IMG/VR virus record: IMGVR_UViG_3300027704_000021
Location: 3,088 to 67,087 of that record
Strand: one strand, 5' to 3'
Source: a virus
Length of the DNA: 64,000 bases
In this document: piece by piece, positions 30,163 to 38,679 of the stretch
Layout of the letters: each line of letters opens with the position of its first letter
Position numbering within the stretch: the first letter of the stretch is position 1
Notes under the pieces: model-generated
Databases searched by the model: none
The model's input: the letters and a program-made list of their open reading frames with translations, nothing else
What the model was told of the DNA's origin: nothing
Position numbers and translations under genes: made by a program

Positions 30163-30837
30163 ATGGCAGAGAATACTACAGCTACAAAAACGTTTACATA
30201 CAACTTACCAAATAAGATGTATGACTCAAGCGAGAGTGATAGTCTAACAGCAAGTGCTACCTATGTAGGATTTGACAGAGTTTACGTATTTGTTGACTCA
30301 GATGGAGATCATGTAGGTAAACGAAATAGAGCATTAACAGAACTTACTGCTGCAGATGACGGCGCAACTGTACCAGAACCAGACGGCACAACTAGAGTCG
30401 AAGTTACACTAGCAGATGATCCATTGATTTTGGCACTTTTTAGAGTCCAAGGATCAACTATTACTACAAATAACCAAACTACAGTTACAGAAACATACGG
30501 TGCTTATACTGTTACATATAATAATAAGCCAGAAATTCAAGAAACATATGTTGATGAAGATTCACTAGTTTATAACTTAGAAACTGAGGCTTGGAATACT
30601 CCAGCGTATAAATCCTCTCCAAGTACATGGGCAATGGTAATAGAGAACAGAGATGCCATGCTAGAAGGCAGCGATGGAAAGATTAGTCCAGATATGCCAA
30701 CAGCAGTTAAAGATCCGTGGATTGCATATAGAGCAGCACTTAGAGCATTGCCAACAGTATACAAAAAAGGTGAGTCCGACGAAGTTGAGTCGTGGAAAGT
30801 TCAATATCCATTATCACCAGATACAAAGGCGGAATAA
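30163..30837 (+). CDS. Tail fibre assembly/chaperone-like protein
   Basis: RDAMLEGSD..WIAYRAALRALP..YPLSP motif typical of Tfa-like chaperones. Confidence 0.65.
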   Translation: MAENTTATKTFTYNLPNKMYDSSESDSLTASATYVGFDRVYVFVDSDGDHVGKRNRALTELTAADDGATVPEPDGTTRVEVTLADDPLILALFRVQGSTITTNNQTTVTETYGAYTVTYNNKPEIQETYVDEDSLVYNLETEAWNTPAYKSSPSTWAMVIENRDAMLEGSDGKISPDMPTAVKDPWIAYRAALRALPTVYKKGESDEVESWKVQYPLSPDTKAE

Positions 30838-30840
30838 ACT

Positions 30841-31620
30841 ATGTCAGCACTTAAAACAATGTTACAATACGGCTCATCAGGAGGAACAGCTAATGTCGAT
30901 TCGATGATTGTGTATGCTACTAACGTAGATGTTCAGGAAAACGGAGGATGTTGTTGTTTATGGACAGCTCCAGCTGGGGTTACTTGGGTAAGTGTTGAAA
31001 TGTGGGGCGGCGGCGGCGGAGGCGCAGGCAACTGTTGCTGTCATTTTGGTACTTCAGGCGGCGCAGGAAGTTATTCAAGAAAAATTGTTGATGTTACGGC
31101 TGGACAAGCTTATAGATTTTGTGCAGCTGGTACAACGTATAGATTTTGTGCAGCTGGTACAACGTATTGTTCAAATGATCGACATGTTGGCTGTGTTGGA
31201 TATCCAACTTACCTTTATGGCGAAACTGAAGCTATTAACATGGCATGTGCAAGTGGAGGCAAAGTAGGCTGCAACTTTTGTTGGGGAGCTATTGGCACTA
31301 CGTACATGGGATGTGCATCATACCAATGCGGTTCCTATTGTGGCGGAATGGGAATGTGTGGAGCAACAGGCGCACACAAAGGAACAGCATTTTGTTCAGG
31401 AACAGCATGGACTTGGGCGCCAACGCCAGCATTTACTGGAGACTTTTATCGACCAGGTAGAGATGCATGTTCGGGTTATTGTTGCGGATGTGGCACCCTG
31501 GGCTATTCACACTTTCCGGGATCTGGTGGCGCAACTACTTCATCTCACAATTCCTTTCACGGATGTGGAGCTGCTGGTGCAGGCGGATTAATTATTGTCA
31601 ACTGGCAACTGGAATCATAA
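30841..31620 (+). CDS. Cys/Gly-rich fibre tip protein 2 (contains a 27-bp in-frame duplication)
   Basis: NGGCCCLWTAPAG..EMWGGGGGG..CCC; YRFCAAGTT duplicated (31111-31137 = 31138-31164). Confidence 0.7.
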   Translation: MSALKTMLQYGSSGGTANVDSMIVYATNVDVQENGGCCCLWTAPAGVTWVSVEMWGGGGGGAGNCCCHFGTSGGAGSYSRKIVDVTAGQAYRFCAAGTTYRFCAAGTTYCSNDRHVGCVGYPTYLYGETEAINMACASGGKVGCNFCWGAIGTTYMGCASYQCGSYCGGMGMCGATGAHKGTAFCSGTAWTWAPTPAFTGDFYRPGRDACSGYCCGCGTLGYSHFPGSGGATTSSHNSFHGCGAAGAGGLIIVNWQLES

Positions 31621-31640
31621 ATTATGGAGAATAATACCCA

Positions 31641-32484
31641 ATGACAGCTTTAAAAGATTTATTATACGGTTACGAGGCAGGCTCCTCAATTAAACCAAAA
31701 GAATTTATGATTGAGAACACTAATAAGTGGCTACCCCAAAACGGCGGCTGCTGCTTATTATGGACTGTTCCAGCAGGCGCAACTCACGCAGTTTTTGAAG
31801 TTTGGGCCGGTGGTGCAGGCGGTGGCTTTAGCTGTTGTTGCACACAAGGTGGTGCAGGCGGCGGCGGTGGATATGGCATGTACGAATCAGACGTATCAGC
31901 TGGCGATACTATTAGATTATGCTCAGCAGGAACAACTGGCGCTAATATGAGTGGTTGTGCTGGATGTACTGGGTGTTCTTCGTTTATATGCAGAGATACT
32001 GGAACTGCTTGGTGCGGTTGTGTTCAAGGCGGCGCTCAGGCTGCTAGATATCCGAGATGCCACTTATCGATTAGTTGTTATAGTTGTTGCTCTATGTGCG
32101 GCTGCTGCAACGCAATATACACAGGCGGTTCAGGACTAACATTATTAGAACAGTCAAGCGGAACAAGTGGAATGTACAACAGTAGCCAGTTTTGTGTAGA
32201 AACAGGTTGGCAAATTATGGGTGGAGCATACGGAACACCTAACAGGTTGGCAAATTATGGGTGGAGCATACGGAACACCTACTCCCCGACCACAAGGATC
32301 GTCAACATGTTGTAACAGCTGCTATGGCGGCATTTGCGGAAGCTATACTAGCTGTTGCGGACAAGCATGTATGAATATGGGATTTCATCCAGGCGGCGCT
32401 GGGCTTACTGGCTGGACAAATGACGGCACATGCAGATGTGGCGGCGTTGGCGGTGGCGGCTTAATTTACGTAGTATACTGGTAA
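31641..32484 (+). CDS. Cys/Gly-rich fibre tip protein 3; split by a 40-bp duplication
   Basis: NGGCCLLWTVPAG..EVWAGGAGG..CCC; removing one copy of 32201-32240 joins it to the GGGGLIYVVYW C-terminus shared with the paralogs. Confidence 0.7.
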
Positions 32485-32493
32485 GGAATAATC

Positions 32494-33534
32494 ATGGCTA
32501 TAACAACAATTACAAGACAACTTACATACGGGTTACCGGACGATATCTATCATCAAACACAAGAGGATGGTCTACAAGCTACTGTGTATTATAAAGGCCC
32601 AAACAAACGATATATTTGGGTTAATTCTATTACAAATAAAATTATTGATATGATTGATGAAGATACTGGTGAAGGAATATTCACTGGAGAAATATCTTTT
32701 CCAGAAAGAGAAGCTTATCTAGTTGAAGTAGATGCTGAATCTAGTGATCAAAATGATCTTTTATTATGTGCTTTGTTTGGCGGCGTAGATCCTCTTTCAA
32801 TTCCTGACATTGAAGAAGATGTTCCGGGTCAAACTGAAAAGTATATAAGAGACAAATATCCAATACCTGATCATACATATCAGATAAGAGAGATTGAATA
32901 TTCACCTAATGCAAAACAATGGGTTACACCGTTTCCTTTTAGACATCCTATAATGACTTGGGAAGAAAAGCTGGTATATAGAGATAATGCTTTAATCAAT
33001 AGTGATAGACTTTATAGTGACGACTTGCCAGATAGTGCAACTACTGCAATTCAAACTTATAGAACCTATTTAAGAGATATTACTGAAACTGTCGGAGTAG
33101 CATGGACTGCAACAATTCCAACAGCAGGTACAGGGTATGTAGTAGGAAATAAACTACTAGTACAAGATCCTAGGTATAAAAATACTACAGTAGTAGACGA
33201 AGTTACGCTAACAGTTACAGCAGTTAATAGCGATGGCGGAGTTACTGGATTTAGTGTTGCGAATAAAAGAGCATTATATCATCCTGCAGCAGCTGCGTAC
33301 ACAGATTGTTTCTTTGTTACCAATGGATCTGGCGTTGGAGCTAGTGTTACATTGACTAAAATTAAACAGGTTGACCCTTGGAAAGTGCAATGGAAAACAC
33401 AGCCATTGTTTACGCTTCATCAACCTGGTACTGCAACAGCAGCTGATGATAATCCTGATCACTTAGTTGACGAAAAGGCATATGGTGCAGCTTCAAAAAC
33501 TTATACTGCATCGCACCCTTTAGCAGTAGAATAA
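32494..33534 (+). CDS. Tail fibre assembly/chaperone-like protein, paralog of 30163 with extra C-terminal domain
   Basis: TY.LP N-terminus and RDNALINSD..YRTYLRDI..PWKVQW parallel 30163. Confidence 0.6.
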   Translation: MAITTITRQLTYGLPDDIYHQTQEDGLQATVYYKGPNKRYIWVNSITNKIIDMIDEDTGEGIFTGEISFPEREAYLVEVDAESSDQNDLLLCALFGGVDPLSIPDIEEDVPGQTEKYIRDKYPIPDHTYQIREIEYSPNAKQWVTPFPFRHPIMTWEEKLVYRDNALINSDRLYSDDLPDSATTAIQTYRTYLRDITETVGVAWTATIPTAGTGYVVGNKLLVQDPRYKNTTVVDEVTLTVTAVNSDGGVTGFSVANKRALYHPAAAAYTDCFFVTNGSGVGASVTLTKIKQVDPWKVQWKTQPLFTLHQPGTATAADDNPDHLVDEKAYGAASKTYTASHPLAVE

Positions 33535-33556
33535 CTCCTTAGTAAAATGTATTAAA

Positions 33557-33584
33557 TGAAAGGCGCTACGGCGCCTTTCACTTT
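33557..33584 (+). terminator. Terminator-like hairpin ending the fibre operon
   Basis: TGAAAGGCGC-TACG-GCGCCTTTCA followed by CTTT. Confidence 0.8.
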
Positions 33585-33666
33585 GACCAATTCTAGCGCC
33601 GTTACAATATAAATATTCGTATGCAGCAATAACTGCTCAGTTTATTAACGATAGGATTAAGGAAAT

Positions 33667-34602
33667 ATGTCAAAAAGAAATACAGCAATTTTTATTAACG
33701 GTGGTGCTGGTCGAGTAGTATGTTCAATACCTGCACTAGAAAAGTTTCATGAAGAGAATCCAGAGGACAATTTTTTAGTAATTTGCGAAGGCGGCTCCGA
33801 CTTTTTTAAAGGACATCCTGTATTGCATGCTAAAGCATACGATCACTGGCATAAAAACCTTTTTGAAGATAAGTTAAAAGACATGGATTTGCTTAGTCCA
33901 GAACCTTATAGAGTTTGGGAATATTACAATCAAAAATGTAGTCTCGCACAAGCATACGATATAGCTATTAATAATAAGGGCATTAGAGAACTCCCAAAGC
34001 CTAATATTAAACTTAGTAAACAAGAACACATGCGTGGTGCTACTGTAATTAAAGAAGTTAAAGAAAAAACAGAAAAAGACAAAGTAATAGTAGTACAGCC
34101 TTTTGGTAGAGGAATTGTTGAAGAAGGCGGTATGCTTACTGACTTTAGTGGCCGAAGTCTTGAACCTATGAACTTAGTTAATATTCTAAAAGAAGTTTCT
34201 AAAGACTATGCTATTATCTTTATGGGCGAACTAGCTATTGATTTTAAAGAACACGGTATTGACAGACCAATTGCAGTTCCAAAAGGTACTGATTTAAGAA
34301 CATGGTGTGCAATTATTGCTGAAGCAGATTACTTTCTTGGATGCGACAGTGTAGCACAACACTTAGCATATTCTTTTGGTATTAGGTCAAGCGTAATTAC
34401 CGGAAGTACATATCCTGTAAATACTTCTTATCCCGACTGTGACTATTTCAATATCTTAGATATGGGCGAAGTTGCAAGAGTATATAGCCCAATTAGAGTT
34501 ACAGTAGACGAATTTGCTGATAGAGTTAATGAAGGTATTATGCAAATGACCGACAAGGTACAAGGCCATATTATTAGCGAAATTAAAGCTCATATTGGTT
34601 AA
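33667..34602 (+). CDS. Putative GT-B glycosyltransferase, GT9 (heptosyltransferase)-like
   Basis: GGAGRVVCSIPALE resembles GT9 (I)GDvv...Pal; DLR..CAIIAEADYFLGCDSVAQHLA resembles the GT9 ..ADlfIgnDSGpmHLA signature. Confidence 0.65.
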   Translation: MSKRNTAIFINGGAGRVVCSIPALEKFHEENPEDNFLVICEGGSDFFKGHPVLHAKAYDHWHKNLFEDKLKDMDLLSPEPYRVWEYYNQKCSLAQAYDIAINNKGIRELPKPNIKLSKQEHMRGATVIKEVKEKTEKDKVIVVQPFGRGIVEEGGMLTDFSGRSLEPMNLVNILKEVSKDYAIIFMGELAIDFKEHGIDRPIAVPKGTDLRTWCAIIAEADYFLGCDSVAQHLAYSFGIRSSVITGSTYPVNTSYPDCDYFNILDMGEVARVYSPIRVTVDEFADRVNEGIMQMTDKVQGHIISEIKAHIG

Positions 34603-34605
34603 TTT

Positions 34606-35520
34606 ATGAAAAGATTGTTTACATTTGGTTGTAGCTTTACACACTTTGATTGGCCAACTTGGGCTAATCTATTAGGCTTAGACAACGAATATGACTTATG
34701 TGAAAACTGGGGATTTTCTGGATTAGGAAATTTAGCAATTGCCCAGCGTATTGCCGAATGCCATTCTAAACACAACTTTACCAAAGATGATACTATAGTT
34801 GTACAGTGGTCTTCGCATATACGGAATGATTATCATAGACAAGGAACTTGGGACACCAAAGGCTCAATTTTTAATATGCATAATGTTAATCTTTATAATA
34901 AAGCATGGATCAATCATTTCTTTGATGAAAGAAGTTATACAATGTATTCATTAAATGCAATGATGATGGCCCAAGGTATTTTAAAATCAGCAGGCTGTAA
35001 ATGGGCAATGACAACTATAGGTGATTTTAATAAATTAGGAAATGATTTTTTAAACTTTAACGGCGACGGAGAAAACAGTACTGTTAGTGCAACTTTGTTA
35101 GAAGAATATCCTGAATTTGAACATTACATAAAATCAATATGGGATAACAATAAAAATCATTGGGTAGAGTCTATAGGATCGTTTACTTGGAAAGAGCAAC
35201 AGTTAGGTGATAATCAATTTATAACAGATGATCCTAAGATATATAAATTTGTAAATAAAAATCCTAAGACTCTAAAAAAACAACCGTATTGGTGGGATTC
35301 ACATCCTTCAACAGTTGGCCATGCTAGATGGTTACAGGAATGTTTGCTTCCTGTACTACAAAAAGAAACAAAATTTAACGATAAACAGAATAAGTTAAAT
35401 TCGGATATAAACGATTTTTATTGTAAACAAGAATGGGAATTGTTTGATTTTAGAGAACAACTTACACAACTTATGAATCTTGATTTACAAGAAACATTAC
35501 ATAAAGTACGGGGACATTAA
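34606..35520 (+). CDS. SGNH/GDSL-like hypothetical protein
   Basis: LFTFGCSFT, NWGFSGLGN, DSHPSTVGH motifs. Confidence 0.5.
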   Translation: MKRLFTFGCSFTHFDWPTWANLLGLDNEYDLCENWGFSGLGNLAIAQRIAECHSKHNFTKDDTIVVQWSSHIRNDYHRQGTWDTKGSIFNMHNVNLYNKAWINHFFDERSYTMYSLNAMMMAQGILKSAGCKWAMTTIGDFNKLGNDFLNFNGDGENSTVSATLLEEYPEFEHYIKSIWDNNKNHWVESIGSFTWKEQQLGDNQFITDDPKIYKFVNKNPKTLKKQPYWWDSHPSTVGHARWLQECLLPVLQKETKFNDKQNKLNSDINDFYCKQEWELFDFREQLTQLMNLDLQETLHKVRGH

Positions 35521-37326
35521 ATGACACAACCAGTTTGGATTGCAGGAATAGCTAGAGGACACAACGCAGGAGTTTGTCTTCTTAAAGATGGGGAAATTGT
35601 TTTTAGTTTAGAAGAAGAACGTCTTACACGTTTAAAATACGATGGCGGCCCGTTAGCTACTATGCTTAAAATAAAAGAATATACTAATAAATTAGATTAC
35701 TTAGTTATTGCACATACTACAAGCTTAGAAGAAACTGCTGGAAAAATAGACTATTCTGGAGAAGATATATATACAGGACTTGCTAGAAAAATTGGACTAT
35801 TAAGAACTGAAAATCCAAAAATGCGTTCTGAAGTAATTGACGTAGCAATGTATCATCACAAAATGCATGCGGCTATGGCATTTTATAGATCTGGATTTGA
35901 CGAAGCTGTAGCAGTTATTGTTGATGGCGCAGGCACATTTTTTCCGCTAACACATGATAACACTCCTATGACAGTTTGGGAAACTGAAAGCATTTATAAA
36001 TGCAAATATCCAGCAACTTTTAAAACCTTGCATAAAAGCTTAGGTACTAGAGAAGCTATCCCAGCAGGCATAGTTGATAAATGGGATGCTTCTAATTGGG
36101 GCGAGCAGGGTATAGAATATTCAGCATTTGTGCATGACCGTGCAGGAATTGTAAAAGCATATGAAGCTGTAACAGAGTATTGCGGCTTCACATCAATTGA
36201 AGCTGGCAAGACAATGGGATTATCACCTTATGGTAGTCCTAATGCTAACATTCCGTCACTTATTGATAATGATACAGACATTCCGTTACCAACTACTAAC
36301 AGAAATTTAATAGTTCCGCGATATCCAAACGGTGCTATAATTAATAGAGAGCTATACAGTGAATTAGCGTCTGACGCTCTTACTTTTGACCAAGATGATA
36401 TAACATATTTGCAGAACAGAAGAGATTTAGCATATGCAGTTCAACAAGAAACACAAGAAGCAGTAGTTAAATTAATTAGGCATGCTGTAAAAATATCCAA
36501 GCAAAATAAAGTAGTAATTAGCGGTGGCTACGGATTAAATTGTGTTGCTAACTATCATTACCTTGAAGCACTTAAAGATGAAGGCATTGAAATTTATGTT
36601 GAGCCTATTTCTAACGATGCAGGAACTGCAATGGGTGCTGCACTCTTACAGCATTACAAACTTACACAAGATATAAAAGTTAACAATCGTGCAAATGATG
36701 TATTCTTAGGTCCTATATATAATTATTCAGAGCAAGAAATTTACAGTACTGTTGAAGAATATGATGCAGAAATTAAAGATGCAACACACGCAGATGTTAT
36801 CGAATTAATGACTAGTAAAAACATTGTTGCTAACTTCCAAGGACGTTCGGAGAATGGTCCACGTGCATTAGGTAACAGAAGCTTAATGTTTGATCCTACA
36901 TTTAAAGACGGCAAAGACTTTGTTAATGAGATTAAACATCGAGAATACTTCCGTCCATTTGCAGGTAGTATACTAGAAGAAGATGTACATGAATGGTTCG
37001 ACCTACGTGGCATGGATGATTCACCTACAATGATGTATGCTGTAAATTGCCAACCAGGCATTGAAGAAAAGATTCCTGCTATTATTCATGTTGACGGAAC
37101 TTGCAGAATTCAAACAGTTAGTAGAGAACAAAATCCGCATTACTATGATATTATTAAAGCGTTTAAAGAAAAGACAGGTGTTCCGATTATCTTTAATACT
37201 AGCTTTAACTTAGGTGGTGAACCTCTAGTTGAAACTCTTGAAGATGCTATTCGTACGCTAACTAAATGTGATATAGAATACTTGTATCTTCCTGAACACG
37301 GAAAACTAATCATAGTAAAGAACTGA
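35521..37326 (+). CDS. O-carbamoyltransferase (NodU/CmcH/TobZ family)
   Basis: EEERLTRLKY, HHKMHA, VDGAG, GKTMGLSPYG, SGGYGLNCVAN, NDAGTAMGA, GPRALGNRS, KHREYFRPFA, HVDGTCRIQTV, NTSFNLGGEP. Confidence 0.93.
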   Translation: MTQPVWIAGIARGHNAGVCLLKDGEIVFSLEEERLTRLKYDGGPLATMLKIKEYTNKLDYLVIAHTTSLEETAGKIDYSGEDIYTGLARKIGLLRTENPKMRSEVIDVAMYHHKMHAAMAFYRSGFDEAVAVIVDGAGTFFPLTHDNTPMTVWETESIYKCKYPATFKTLHKSLGTREAIPAGIVDKWDASNWGEQGIEYSAFVHDRAGIVKAYEAVTEYCGFTSIEAGKTMGLSPYGSPNANIPSLIDNDTDIPLPTTNRNLIVPRYPNGAIINRELYSELASDALTFDQDDITYLQNRRDLAYAVQQETQEAVVKLIRHAVKISKQNKVVISGGYGLNCVANYHYLEALKDEGIEIYVEPISNDAGTAMGAALLQHYKLTQDIKVNNRANDVFLGPIYNYSEQEIYSTVEEYDAEIKDATHADVIELMTSKNIVANFQGRSENGPRALGNRSLMFDPTFKDGKDFVNEIKHREYFRPFAGSILEEDVHEWFDLRGMDDSPTMMYAVNCQPGIEEKIPAIIHVDGTCRIQTVSREQNPHYYDIIKAFKEKTGVPIIFNTSFNLGGEPLVETLEDAIRTLTKCDIEYLYLPEHGKLIIVKN

Positions 37327-37350
37327 TAAATATAATGTATAAGGAATGAT

Positions 37351-37752
37351 ATGTTTAATATTGCAAGTTACTTTAAAGACGGAATTAAAAAATCGCTGTT
37401 AGTTAAAAATAACGGCGCTACATCTCATAATGGACCTTGGAAGCAAGCATATACATCTACTCAGGTTGAGCGGTGGCATGCTGGCGAATTTTGTACAGCT
37501 GAATTTACTGTCTCTGTTGATTTTGATAATGCTAACAAAGAGATACTTAAATGTATTGTTGCAGTTGGCGTAGACTATGCTAATTTGAATGTATTTTCTA
37601 GGAGTAATTTAGGAAATGATCTTGTAGAGTTATCTGTAACTGTTAATCAATCTTATGTAGATTTACTAATAACAGCTAAAACAGGATATACAGGTGCAAA
37701 GTTTATTCACACTGCAAACTACTTTCAAAATCAAAATCCGTTAACTAGTTGA
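37351..37752 (+). CDS. Hypothetical structural-module protein
   Basis: 133-aa beta-rich ORF after a late promoter. Confidence 0.65.
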   Translation: MFNIASYFKDGIKKSLLVKNNGATSHNGPWKQAYTSTQVERWHAGEFCTAEFTVSVDFDNANKEILKCIVAVGVDYANLNVFSRSNLGNDLVELSVTVNQSYVDLLITAKTGYTGAKFIHTANYFQNQNPLTS

Positions 37753-37777
37753 CATTCCTAAGTAGGCTAAATATACT
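37749..37777 (+). promoter_or_regulatory. Sigma70-type promoter overlapping a TAAATA late box
   Basis: TTGACA (37749-54), 17 bp, TATACT (37772-77); TAAATA at 37768-73. Confidence 0.6.
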
Positions 37778-37791
37778 ATATGGAGTAACGA

Positions 37792-38673
37792 ATGCCAACG
37801 ACAGTTAACACACCTTTTAGATCAGACTACGGATTTAAAAGCCCAAGCTTTACAGTTGATGCTGCTGGAAATATCACAGCCGCTACGCTAACCCTGTCGG
37901 TTAGCGACGCAGATGAAGCAGGCGTAGCCGCAGATTATAACTTTGTTGAAAGCGCCGGCAATTACAGATTTAGCGGCGAAACAGATAATCAGCCAACCCT
38001 TACAGTTTATAGAAATCAAACTAGTACCATTGATATAGCATTTACTACTTTAGTTTTTAAAATATTTAGTACTATTGCTGATGGTTCAACCGCAACAGTA
38101 GTATACAGTAGCGGACTACGACATAGTGATAGTACAACTGGTGTATCAGCACAAGGTAAAAGCTCAGGTAGATTAACTTGGACTCTTCCATTATCGGCAC
38201 CTGATACATTATACTACGGCAACGTAGACGGTACTATTACTGGTACCATTAATGTATTAGATCAAGCAAGAAATTTTAGCACAATAAGTGTTACAGACAC
38301 AACAGCAAGCACAAGCACAACAACTGGAGCACTAAAAGTTAGTGGTGGCGCTGGTATTGTAGGAGATGCATACATTGGCGGCACAGCAAACGTGGCAGGA
38401 TTAATTTCCGCTACAGCAGGAGTTACTGGAGACTTAACTGGTTCAGTATTTTCTGATACTAGTACATTACTAGTCGATAGTGTCAATGGAAGGATCGTAG
38501 GTCCTATAAATAACAGTACAATAGATAACACTACTATAGGAGCAATTACTCCCGCAACAGCTGCATTTACAACAGCTTCAGTAAGTGGTGCAGTAGCAGG
38601 ATTAACGGCTGTACCTAATAAAAAGTATGTGGATAATACAGCAACGGCGCTTGCAATAGCATTTGGGATTTAA
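37792..38673 (+). CDS. Fibre protein
   Basis: APDTLYY, STSTTTGALKVSGGAGI, NKKYVD motifs and C-terminal ATALAIAFGI. Confidence 0.7.
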   Translation: MPTTVNTPFRSDYGFKSPSFTVDAAGNITAATLTLSVSDADEAGVAADYNFVESAGNYRFSGETDNQPTLTVYRNQTSTIDIAFTTLVFKIFSTIADGSTATVVYSSGLRHSDSTTGVSAQGKSSGRLTWTLPLSAPDTLYYGNVDGTITGTINVLDQARNFSTISVTDTTASTSTTTGALKVSGGAGIVGDAYIGGTANVAGLISATAGVTGDLTGSVFSDTSTLLVDSVNGRIVGPINNSTIDNTTIGAITPATAAFTTASVSGAVAGLTAVPNKKYVDNTATALAIAFGI

Positions 38674-38679
38674 AAGAAA

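Noticed and set aside
23381-32280. Diversity-generating retroelement TR/VR pairs among fibre repeats
   Set aside because: Repeats are identical rather than differing at adenines, and no reverse transcriptase is in the window.
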